Source: Nitrososphaerota archaeon (GTDB taxonomy: Archaea > Thermoproteota > Nitrososphaeria > Nitrososphaerales > UBA57). From it: 64,000 bases of DNA. The position numbers and the translations under genes were made by a program. Location of the stretch: NCBI GenBank assembly GCA_024860875.1, contig JACPSZ010000008.1, forward strand, positions 20,106-84,105, read 5' to 3'. The notes beneath the pieces were generated by a model. It was not told the origin of the DNA, did not search any database, and was given only the letters and a program-made list of their open reading frames with translations. Every line of letters begins with the position of its first letter. Position 1 is the first letter of the stretch. Positions 8,764-17,944 of this stretch are shown here, one piece after another.

Positions 8764-9142
8764 AAAAGAATTGGCGAAGAACGCTATAAGCGCTCCAAAG
8801 GGACTTCTCAAGATACTCATACTTGACATAGCATCGAAGGCTCCTTCAAGCGGTGTTGAAATAGTTCAGAAAATTTCTGAAATGACTAGCGGTGCATGGA
8901 AGCCCAGCCCTGGCTCAATCTACTATATCTTGGAAAGGCTCGCCAAAGAGGAACTGATAAGCGAGATATTTACTCCAACAAAGGGCCAAAAGAAGTACAT
9001 CACAACGGCGAGAGGAAAGTCGTACCTTACGCTCGAACGGGAAGCTCTGTTACCTTCATGGAACAAGCATCTTATTTTGACTAAAATCATGGCCGAGATT
9101 CTGGGAATCAGGTTCGATGCTCGAGAGACTAGAGTGGCTTAG
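8705..9142 (+). CDS. PadR-family winged-helix transcriptional regulator
   Basis: PKGLLKILILDIASKAPSSGVEIVQKISEMTSGAWKPSPGSIYYILERLAKEELI fits the PadR pattern. The true start may be TTG 8771, just after the upstream stop. Confidence 0.7.
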   Translation: MLRRMQAIHLKSSEKTAVLEKELAKNAISAPKGLLKILILDIASKAPSSGVEIVQKISEMTSGAWKPSPGSIYYILERLAKEELISEIFTPTKGQKKYITTARGKSYLTLEREALLPSWNKHLILTKIMAEILGIRFDARETRVA

Positions 9143-9596
9143 CTGGCAAATTTTCCTGAAACTTCTCCAAGAACAAATCGTTCCATTTCCTGCAGACATA
9201 GTAAGAAAGCCGCCAGAACCCCACGGAAGGCGGCTTCTGAGGTATGTCAAAGATGTTTCTTGAGTATATGTAAACGGTCTGCTTCCTTACAGAATCCCAA
9301 ACGGGAACGTTTCTTTGTATAAACCCCAAACCAACTAATGTTCTTAGCAACGTCAGATAAAAGTTCCTTCTACTGTACGAAAACGGCATATCTCTAATCA
9401 TCATAGAGCCGTTCTGCAGCTCATCGGCAAAGTCGCTTACAGCATTCTTTGATGCTGAGCCTCCTTTCTTCTTCAACCATTCGACAAATAGCTTAGCAGC
9501 ATCTCTAGTCTTCTTGTTGGGGAATATTACGTCAAGAGCGTCGCTGGCAGCATGTATAGATTCTTCAGCAAAGTTCAATCTTGCAGATGTAGGCAT
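9129..9596 (-). CDS. hypothetical protein (155 aa)
   Basis: I trimmed the tracked ORF (9129-9812) to the ATG at 9596. The upstream part overlaps the divergent gene and looks non-coding. Confidence 0.5.
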   Translation of the reverse strand: MPTSARLNFAEESIHAASDALDVIFPNKKTRDAAKLFVEWLKKKGGSASKNAVSDFADELQNGSMMIRDMPFSYSRRNFYLTLLRTLVGLGFIQRNVPVWDSVRKQTVYIYSRNIFDIPQKPPSVGFWRLSYYVCRKWNDLFLEKFQENLPAKPL

Positions 9597-9610
9597 AAGA
9601 CGATAGAGTT

Positions 9611-9630
9611 GGTGATGATTGATTATCACC
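9611..9630. promoter_or_regulatory. inverted repeat in divergent intergenic region
   Basis: GGTGAT-GATTGATT-ATCACC lies between the divergent genes 9129-9596 and 9754-10167. Confidence 0.25.
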
Positions 9631-9753
9631 AAAGTTAATTGAAGATTGCAAGATTGTGAATTTAGTTTCTGCATCGGCTTTGATTTATATAGAGAGCCTG
9701 TCGAACAGCAGAAAGACTTGACTGCAAAGCCTCCAATAAACGACTCCGAAGCT

Positions 9754-10167
9754 ATGCAGGGTATCTTCACGAACAAGCAGAGATTGAGAATATACTGGTA
9801 CATGCTCAGCAAGGGAGACCCTTCAGGCGTAAGAGAGATTCAGAGGGCTTTGGGCCTTTCCAGCCCGAGCGTTGCTCACCATCACCTTGAAAAGCTCAGA
9901 GAGATAGGGGTAGTTGGTCAAGACGAATACGGAAGATACGTACTTGTAAAACAGGTAGAAGTTGGCATACTGCAGGGTTTTTCCAGAGTAGGTAGGTTCA
10001 TGCTGCCAAGGTTTTCCTTTTACGCCGTATTCTTCAGCACTCTGCTTGGCTTCTATATTCTCCGCTATACAGAATCCCTGAACGTATTTGCAGTTCTGTT
10101 CTCTGGCGCAGCAGCGTCAGTTTCATGGTACGAAACATTGCGCTCTTGGAAGAACAGACCATTCTGA
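9754..10167 (+). CDS. ArsR-like wHTH regulator with C-terminal transmembrane segments
   Basis: RLRIYWYMLSKGDPSGVREIQRALGLSSPSVAHHHLEKLREIGVV is followed by two hydrophobic helices. An alternative TTG start at 9718 lies about 30 nt after the TATA-like TTTATATA. Confidence 0.6.
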   Translation: MQGIFTNKQRLRIYWYMLSKGDPSGVREIQRALGLSSPSVAHHHLEKLREIGVVGQDEYGRYVLVKQVEVGILQGFSRVGRFMLPRFSFYAVFFSTLLGFYILRYTESLNVFAVLFSGAAASVSWYETLRSWKNRPF

Positions 10168-10175
10168 GTGAAAAT

Positions 10176-10490
10176 ATGAAAGAGACTCCGAGAAACGAGA
10201 TATTTGCAAGGCCATTCGAAGCAATCATAACTTCGATAAAAGGCAAGGAAGGAATGTACCATCTCCGAGGGCATGTCATTTTCGATGGAGAGGAGTTACC
10301 ATTCAGAGGGGTTGCTTTTGGCAGGTTTGGAGGGCATAACGTCTCTGTCGGGTTCCTAAAGAATACGGTAAAAAGGTTGAAACAGAAAGGCCTGACTGAG
10401 GAGGAAATTCAGAATTTCGAAGTTGCGGCGCAGGTAAAGATTCTCCAAGGCGAAATGGCCATAGAACGGAAGGGCAGGAATCGTATATGA
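10176..10490 (+). CDS. hypothetical protein (104 aa)
   Basis: ATG at 10176 within the tracked ORF 10125-10490. Confidence 0.4.
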   Translation: MKETPRNEIFARPFEAIITSIKGKEGMYHLRGHVIFDGEELPFRGVAFGRFGGHNVSVGFLKNTVKRLKQKGLTEEEIQNFEVAAQVKILQGEMAIERKGRNRI

Positions 10491-10524
10491 CATTGTTCTA
10501 TTCCTTGGCTTTATATCAAATCTA

Positions 10525-11100
10525 TTGCATGAATACAGAGAGGGAGGCGCTTTGAAAGCTCAAAACAAAGTATTGCTAGGCTGCGTTGCTGGTTTTGTTC
10601 TGGCCATAGCAATTCTGGGAGCAGTTTCATCTGAATTGCCTTCCCAAACAGCTCAAATAGCATATAGCCCTTCAGCAGCAGGTCCAGTACAGAAACCTGA
10701 ACAACCTGCTCCAGCTCCTGCACCAGCACCTCAACAACCTCAAGCGCCAGCACGAGCGTCCATAGTCGCAAAATTGCCAGAAAACAAGAGTCTAGCCAAC
10801 GCCCCAGCACCAGAGCAAGCTGCAGTAGCGGCACCAGAACCTCCGAACGTTGCTTTGCAAGCTCCGGAAGCTCAACAAGGAGCCGTCGTAAAGGAGGTAC
10901 CTAAAGAAGTAATCAAGGAGGTACCTAAAGAGGTCGTCAAAGAGATGCCTAAGGATGTCAGTCCTGTTGCACCAATTTATGCGTCAGTACCCCTTGGGGT
11001 AACCGACATAGTCTTACCATTCCTGATAGCTGGCGTAATAGCAGTTTCGACATCATTTCTGGTCAAGCGGCAAGTAGAAAGACCAGAAGACGAAGAGTAG
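10525..11100 (+). CDS. Pro/Ala-rich membrane-anchored protein with KEVPKEV repeats
   Basis: N-terminal TM, PAPAPAPAPQQPQAP stretch, VKEVPKEVIKEVPKEVVKEMPKDV repeats, C-terminal TM. TTG start at 10525 or 10552. Confidence 0.55.
   Translation: MHEYREGGALKAQNKVLLGCVAGFVLAIAILGAVSSELPSQTAQIAYSPSAAGPVQKPEQPAPAPAPAPQQPQAPARASIVAKLPENKSLANAPAPEQAAVAAPEPPNVALQAPEAQQGAVVKEVPKEVIKEVPKEVVKEMPKDVSPVAPIYASVPLGVTDIVLPFLIAGVIAVSTSFLVKRQVERPEDEE
10891..10962 (+). repeat. 3 x 24-nt tandem repeat inside the CDS
   Basis: Units are aaggaggtacctaaagaagtaatc, aaggaggtacctaaagaggtcgtc and aaagagatgcctaaggatgtcagt. Confidence 0.7.
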
Positions 11101-11143
11101 CATAACAATACTTAATTCAAGAGTAACCTAACAGCAGAGTAGC

Positions 11144-11928
<785 letters not shown>

Positions 11929-11941
<13 letters not shown>

Positions 11942-12627
11942 ATCGATCTAAGTATCGTAAATAGCAAGTCTCCAAAGAGCACAGTTGTAATGAACCCTAG
12001 CAGGACAAAAACGAGCAATGGTATACCAGGGCTTACCCAGATATCATTACCCGTTGCAAAATCCTCGTCTATCTTCCCTAGCGAAATATTGAACATTTTT
12101 TTTCCTTCGGCCAACTTTTCTATGCTGTAATCGAACCTTCCTGCCTGCTTTCTCCTAGTGCCCAAAAACAGCGCTTTGATTTTCGATGCTTTGCTATCTT
12201 CAAAGCCTTCGAATATCTTCTCTCCTTTTGCAATCTTGAACAAGTTCACCAGAAGGAAGAATACAGGCAAAAGAGCAGAAAGCAGAACGGAATTGGTAAA
12301 TGCTGCTAATGCGCCAAAACTATGCAACATTCCTGCAGAGCTGTATATGGGAAATAAAAGCGACAGAGCAGTTATCGCCTTTGCGTCTGCACCGCCGTAG
12401 AGGTGGAGAAAATAACCGGCCCAAGACAGAGCCGATACTAATCCAATTGCAACTGCCAATTGGAGGATATCATAGCCAAGCGTGCCCAGATAGAAGTCGT
12501 AAGCTGTAAAAGATGCACCAATTATCACAAAGGGAATCCAGAATTTGTCTGGAACCTCTCTTGATTTCAGATCTAAATATGACGCTGCAACTAGCATTAT
12601 CAGCGCAATGACAATTCTGTGCAGCAA
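11929..12627 (-). CDS. type IV prepilin/preflagellin peptidase (A24 family)
   Basis: Polytopic protein with REVPDKFW and YGGADAKA aspartate motifs. Confidence 0.8.
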
Positions 12628-12639
12628 GATTATGCACGT

Positions 12640-12870
12640 TTATTTCTTCAGGCCAAGCTTCTGCACTATCATTCTGGCCTTCTCCAGCAAGTCCCATGCC
12701 CTAAGCCGTTCTGCCGCAAGGTCGACTTTCTGCAGAATTATCGCATCGTTCGTAGCTACCACAAGCAGCCTAGTACCGATGTTTAGTCCCATTCTGTCCC
12801 TTACATCCTTTGGTATTACTATCTGGCCTCTTTCTGAAACTCTTGTTGTATCAACCGTAACGTCGCTCAT
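12640..12870 (-). CDS. AbrB/SpoVT-type DNA-binding protein
   Basis: VSERGQIVIPKDVRDRMGLNIGTRLLVV fits the swapped-hairpin AbrB motif. Lies 12 nt upstream of the A24 peptidase gene. Confidence 0.8.
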   Translation of the reverse strand: MSDVTVDTTRVSERGQIVIPKDVRDRMGLNIGTRLLVVATNDAIILQKVDLAAERLRAWDLLEKARMIVQKLGLKK

Positions 12871-13034
12871 AAACGCCCTGTCAATGCAATCTTACTTTTC
12901 TTATTTATACATATCTAATTCATCTGTATATCGTTGTACTGCAAAGACTATGCTTAACAAGTAAAACAATAGTTGACCGCATGGTTAATCGATTTTGTGC
13001 CCGTATAATAAATCGAATACCTGTTTGTTGGAGC

Positions 13035-13277
13035 ATGATAAAAATGAACCGCTTTACTGGAATTCTAGCCGTATGGGTTGCGGGATTCATGCTGGGCTTC
13101 ATAGCCTATCTATCGTATCCTGTAATGAGCAGCGTGATCGTGTCTCTGGTTCCATTCCTTCTGGGATTGGACAGCCAGATAGTAGGCGCTACCATAGCAG
13201 GCATGGCCAGCTCCTTGGTGACGCTGATAGTAGTAATGTTCTGGGCATACAGGTCAGACTCTCGCTCCTACAGGTAA
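13035..13277 (+). CDS. small membrane protein (about 80 aa)
   Basis: Two hydrophobic helices. The start is uncertain; the tracked ORF begins at 12981. Confidence 0.35.
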   Translation: MIKMNRFTGILAVWVAGFMLGFIAYLSYPVMSSVIVSLVPFLLGLDSQIVGATIAGMASSLVTLIVVMFWAYRSDSRSYR

Positions 13278-14985
13278 GACAACAGGGAGATATTGGGGAG
13301 TATCTCCCCCCATAATTCTTATGCGGTTTGTTAGTGCAAACTGTTCAGTTTTCTGACCTGTAAACAGATATTGTTTAATTCTACGCCCCGCTCCTACATG
13401 CGTCCAGATTCCTCAAGGGTAGTTGTGCATTTATTGTATTAGCAATGGTTCATCAATAGAAAGATAGGACAAGTGCCCGCAGTGTTTGCTAATGTTGCTG
13501 TAATAGGGTAGCGTGCACACCCTGCAGAATGTTCTATTACTAGGATGTGTGGTATCTAGCAAGTAGAGTACTCTTCTAAGGAGTAGAGTACTAGAGTGAT
13601 AGAGAGCTGGACTATATCGACCTGACAACCAAAGACTAGATTTTTGATGTGTCTGCAGATGACAGAGCAGGACAGCCGAAAGGTTCTACGAACTTACTAC
13701 AATCTGTCATCATTACCCCATGGGGTAGACGTGCCAGAAACGTGCAAAGAAATATGCCTGTACAAACGTGTCGCGGTTTAAAAAAATCTCGCTGCAGAAA
13801 CTATCAGAATTGTTTTTCCAGCCCTTGACCTGCGATAATCGTGCAGAAAATAAATCCGATCAAAAGATGTTGGGGTAATGGTGCTATTGCTGATTAGTGA
13901 TAGCTATCTATACACTAGGGAATATTCTGCATTTTTGGGGTGGTGTGCGATATTAGCAGTTTGGATTCTATATTCGCAATCTAGCGTTAATGGTCAGTTT
14001 TTGCAGAAATGTCAGAAACGTTGTTTGGAGGCGAACTTTCGCCGATATCGATACTGTTAGCAACTGTATTTCCTTTGCTATAGGTATTATCGACGTCGAT
14101 ATCGATGTTGATATTACAAAAATTGGAGTTGCAAAAAAAAGCCAACTAAGGAGATATACTCCGCCTAATTCTTAAGCGGGAAACATGTTTACGCAATAAC
14201 GTAAATGTCTTCCCCTACCTTTTATGATTTTGAAAAGCGGGTTTTTGAGCTCTACAACAATAAAAAGTTCCACGAGGCTCTTGATGTTGCAGCATCAGCA
14301 AGACAAAAATTTCCAGACAAGCCCCAGCGAACCTACTTCTGGATCGCGTGTTTGTACTCTCTTATTGGAGAGCCTGACAAGGCTATAGCTACTCTGGAGA
14401 ATGCACTCGACATGGGTGTCTGGTGGTCTGAGCAGATGCTAAAAAGCGAGCCTGATCTAAAATCACTTCAGGAAAGATCGGATTTCAAAGATATTCTGCA
14501 AAGATGCGAAAAGATGAAGGTAGAAGTACAAACAAAGAATAAAGTTGAACTACTGCTCTTCACTCCTCCAGCTTCAAAGCATCCTCTTCCTCTACTCCTG
14601 ACACTCCATGGACGCAATGGTAATGCTAGAGATCATGCGCGTAATTGGATATCTGCAACACTGGCAAAAGGTTTGGCCCTGGCAGTTCCTAATTCTTCTC
14701 AAGTATTTTCGACAGACGGGTTTTGCTGGGACGATCCAGGAATCGCAGAGGAAGATATAATCAAATCTTGCAACCAAATTCAGAAGAAAATCGAGATTGA
14801 TACAAACAAGGTAATTGTATCAGGTTTCTCCCAAGGTGCTGGCCGAGCAGTCAAAATAGCCTTAAGTGGTGAACCAATAGGTTGCAAAGGGTTTATAGCT
14901 GTTGCCCCCTCATTTAGGCAAATTGATTTGTTAATTCAGTTTCTGAAACCATCCCGAGGACGAGGATTAAAGGGTTGCTTGCTAA

Positions 14986-15308
14986 GAACCTATCTCAAAA
15001 TTAGGGATTTAGTCCGATTTAGTCTGAACACGCTGTTCAAGTAACTTAGAAGACGGTTTGTAGAGCATCTTGGGTCTGCCGACGGAGCCTTGCAGTATCT
15101 CTTCTTTGACCACCAGGGACTGTCCTTCAAGGTGCTTTAGGTGCATCATGACACGATCTGGCCAGACCAGTCTTCTCCACGAGTTTGACCAGGCTACGGG
15201 GTGATGATTGACCGCCCTGACAGAGTAGGCTGGCCATCCTCTCACAAGATGCATCCATGGTTCGTATGGACTAAATCGGACTAAAATAACCCTTTTTGAG
15301 ATAGGTTC
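14986..15308. mobile_element. MITE-like non-autonomous element (323 bp) with about 40-bp TIRs and a TAA target-site duplication
   Basis: Left end is GAACCTATCTCAAAA..TTTAGTCCGATTTAGTC; the reverse complement of the right end is identical over 15 + 17 nt. TAA sits at 14983-14985 and 15309-15311. Excision restores the host ORF. Confidence 0.75.
15009..15254 (-). CDS. 81-aa ORF internal to the MITE-like element (possible transposase remnant)
   Basis: It is the only ORF spanning the element interior. No catalytic motif recognised. Confidence 0.25.
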   Translation of the reverse strand: MHLVRGWPAYSVRAVNHHPVAWSNSWRRLVWPDRVMMHLKHLEGQSLVVKEEILQGSVGRPKMLYKPSSKLLEQRVQTKSD

Positions 15309-15880
15309 TAACAGGAGAGCATGACTTTGGCAGACCCAAGACTGAAATGTTGTACAATGAACTAACGTCGAGACAGGTTAAATGCCAGTTGAGTGTAGAG
15401 CCTAACCTAGGTCATGACTTTCCAAAAGATTTTGATCAAAAGCTGTCTTCTGCTATAGACTATATTATGGAATAATGCTTATTGAGAGATTATATGAGCA
15501 GATAAGTAAGACTAATCTTATTTATATAACTATACATATTATTTGGACGTAATTATTACAACTGAAGGGGGTAGATAAAATGCGAATATGGGTTCTGATA
15601 ACTCTCGCGTTATGTCTTTTCCGCTTTTTATACCCCCCTCTAGGGCCTAGATAACGATAGGGGCCCCTGCAGACATTACTGATAATCGATAGTTTTTGGT
15701 GTATCAGAAGTAAACTATAGGATCTCCTGAAGAGTTTCGGAAATCTGATTTGGCCAGGGGGATTGAGGCTGGCTTGCGACATGGAACTACCCAGAACGTA
15801 GGGCAAACGGCAGATATTCTGCAGAACTTATCACTGAACAATTTTCCAGAACAGTCTATTGGTGCCGATATTAATCGTGA

Positions 15881-15890
15881 AATTTAAATC
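15881..15890 (+). promoter_or_regulatory. TATA-box-like element, leaderless-type spacing
   Basis: AATTTAAATC is centred about 26 nt upstream of the gap ATG at 15912. Confidence 0.35.
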
Positions 15891-15911
15891 TAACAATGCA
15901 GAAGGATTGAT

Positions 15912-16928
15912 ATGATTAGAGTCGGCGTAAACGGGTTCGGCACCATCGGAAGAAGAGTAGCAGATGCGGTCGCAAAGCAGCCTGACATGAAACTTGTCGG
16001 AATAGTAAAGACAAAGCCAGACTACAAAGCCAAAATCGCTGCACAAAAGGGCTACACGCTCTTCGGCGTTGACGATAAATCTATACAGTCGTTCAAGGAT
16101 GCAGGTTATAAACCGGGCGGAAACGTTGAAAATCTTCTATCACAAGTAGATGTGATAGTTGATGCTACACCCGAAGACGTAGGAGCAGCTTACAAGGAGA
16201 TGTACAGGAAGACAGGTAAAAAGGCGATATTCCAAGGCGGAGAAGAGCACGATATTGCAGAGGTTTCCTTCGTGGCTCAATGTAATTACGACCTAGCAAA
16301 AGGGAAACAGTTCATAAGGGCAGTTTCATGCAATACTACAGCTCTCTCTCGAACTCTTCATACCCTTGATCAGGCTTTCGGTGTAAAAAGGGCAAGAATC
16401 GTCATAGCCAGGAGGGCATCAGATCCCGATGAACCAACAAAGGGCCCTATAGACTCCGTGAACCTTGACCCAGTAACGATTCCTTCTCACCACGGCCCTG
16501 ATGTTCAGACGGTTCTTCCACACATCCCCATAGTCACTATGGCTTACAAGATTCCGACTACACACATGCACCTGCACAGCGTCATAGTTTCGCTAAAAGA
16601 AAACGGAGTCACCGAGGATAGGATCATAAACGCCTTCAAGGAAGCTCCAAGAATTCTGCTCGTTAGCCAGAAGGATGGCATCAGAGCAACTGCACATGTT
16701 ATGGACTATGCCAGAGAATTGGGAAGGAACAGAGGAGACCTCTACGAACCAGCTATATGGAAAGAATCCATTAAAGTTGTTGATGGAGAAGCGTACTTCT
16801 TCATGGCTGTACATCAAGAATCTATAGTGGTTCCTGAAAATGTTGATGCTATCAGAGCGGTAACTGGCTCAGCATCAAAGTCAGAATCAATGGCAATGAC
16901 GAATAAAACATTGGGAATACTCAACTAG
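15912..16928 (+). CDS. gap: archaeal-type (class II) glyceraldehyde-3-phosphate dehydrogenase
   Basis: VGVNGFGTIGRRVADAV, active-site VSCNTT, PSHHGPDV. Confidence 0.9.
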   Translation: MIRVGVNGFGTIGRRVADAVAKQPDMKLVGIVKTKPDYKAKIAAQKGYTLFGVDDKSIQSFKDAGYKPGGNVENLLSQVDVIVDATPEDVGAAYKEMYRKTGKKAIFQGGEEHDIAEVSFVAQCNYDLAKGKQFIRAVSCNTTALSRTLHTLDQAFGVKRARIVIARRASDPDEPTKGPIDSVNLDPVTIPSHHGPDVQTVLPHIPIVTMAYKIPTTHMHLHSVIVSLKENGVTEDRIINAFKEAPRILLVSQKDGIRATAHVMDYARELGRNRGDLYEPAIWKESIKVVDGEAYFFMAVHQESIVVPENVDAIRAVTGSASKSESMAMTNKTLGILN

Positions 16929-17427
16929 ACTTGTAGTATTCTATCAGTTTCACGTATGCGAGAGCATTGCCCTCGATCCTCTTTCTTTCTTTGTCAGCTA
17001 ACTTCTTGGCTTCTTTCGCTGGCACCCCAACGACAAGCGTTCCTTCAGGAACCTTAACGCCATCGAGGACAACGGCACCAGCACCGACTATGCAATACTC
17101 TCCAATCTCCGCTGCCAGAACTGTAGAGTGCATACCAACGATGACGTTGTTGTTAATTATACAACCGTGGAGGATAGCATTATGTCCCACTGTGACCCCA
17201 TCCCCTACACGCACCAAATCACCGAAATCTCCATGCACAGTTGCGTTGTCCTGAACGCTCGTTTTGTTGCCAACTATTATTTTGCAGACATCACCCCTGA
17301 GCACTGCATTAGGCCATATACTACTCTTGGCACCGATAGTAACATCTCCAATTATTACTGCACTCTTTGCGATGTACGCACTTTTGTGGATTTTTGGCTT
17401 CTTCCCGCTAAATGCAATTAGCGGCAA
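16921..17427 (-). CDS. gamma-class carbonic anhydrase-like hexapeptide-repeat protein
   Basis: Left-handed beta-helix repeats: IHKSAYIAKSAVIIGDVTIGAKSSIWPNAVLRGD and VGHNAILHGC. Confidence 0.8.
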   Translation of the reverse strand: MPLIAFSGKKPKIHKSAYIAKSAVIIGDVTIGAKSSIWPNAVLRGDVCKIIVGNKTSVQDNATVHGDFGDLVRVGDGVTVGHNAILHGCIINNNVIVGMHSTVLAAEIGEYCIVGAGAVVLDGVKVPEGTLVVGVPAKEAKKLADKERKRIEGNALAYVKLIEYYKSS

Positions 17428-17429
17428 TG

Positions 17430-17858
17430 TCAGATCTCCATCAGGTTAAGGCCTGTCAATTGATCATATTTGCGGGTAATTCTGAGGTCTTTGTATTCGT
17501 TCATCATCAGCTCGCAGGCAAAGAGTTCTGATCCCTCGAGAAGATGACCTCCAAAGGCTCTGCCCTTTTCGTCGCTGAGAACCAAATGTGCGTGAACTAT
17601 AATTTTTCCATCTAATTCGGAAACGTTGCCTATGCAGGAAACTATCTCCATAGGTTCATCAAATATCAATTCGTTATACTTCTTCTCGGTCTGGTCATAA
17701 TAGCTTACTTTGGCCTTCCTGACAGCTCCAATAGCAGTAAAAGAGGCCGAGCGAACCTTTGCCCTCGCTGCAATGTCTTTAATCGAATTCAGCAGGTCTG
17801 CACCATATGGAAGCTTAGCAACATAAGATTTGGAGATTGCAGTCTGCACGAACGACAT
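17430..17858 (-). CDS. PPC/DUF296 domain protein
   Basis: Trimmed to the ATG at 17858. IVSCIGNVS...HAHLVLSDEKGRAFGGHLLEGS is typical of the PPC domain. Confidence 0.6.
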   Translation of the reverse strand: MSFVQTAISKSYVAKLPYGADLLNSIKDIAARAKVRSASFTAIGAVRKAKVSYYDQTEKKYNELIFDEPMEIVSCIGNVSELDGKIIVHAHLVLSDEKGRAFGGHLLEGSELFACELMMNEYKDLRITRKYDQLTGLNLMEI

Positions 17859-17944
17859 GACCACGCTTGAAAAATAATACGCAATTAACTCTTTAATGCT
17901 GCTGAACCTTTTTATTAGTAGCAAAGACGCAAGGACGATATCTT

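Larger units (their letters stand above)
14205..15475 (+). pseudogene. TPR + alpha/beta-hydrolase (phospholipase/carboxylesterase-type) gene split by a 323-bp insertion
   Basis: GFSQGA nucleophile elbow lies before the insertion. Removing 14986-15311 restores the frame ...GCLL-TGEHDFGRP...LGHDFP..., supplying the catalytic Asp and His, with the stop at 15473-15475. Confidence 0.75.

Noticed and set aside
13586-13597. GAGTACTAGAGT shared between 13586-13597 (+) and 30274-30285 (reverse complement), about 22/28 identical when extended.
   Set aside because: Exact 12-mer coincidences are expected by chance many times in 64 kb on both strands. I have no evidence that it is a functional motif.
13278-14204. 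Replication origin interpretation of the long palindrome-rich gap.
   Set aside because: I could not see repeated ORB-like boxes or a long AT-rich unwinding stretch, and there is no adjacent cdc6/orc1 gene. I kept it only as an unexplained non-coding region.
15522-15806. 94-aa minus-strand ORF in the gap upstream of gap.
   Set aside because: The composition is not protein-like (Arg/Ile/Ser-rich with many rare dipeptides) and no motif is present. I treat 15476-15911 as intergenic.
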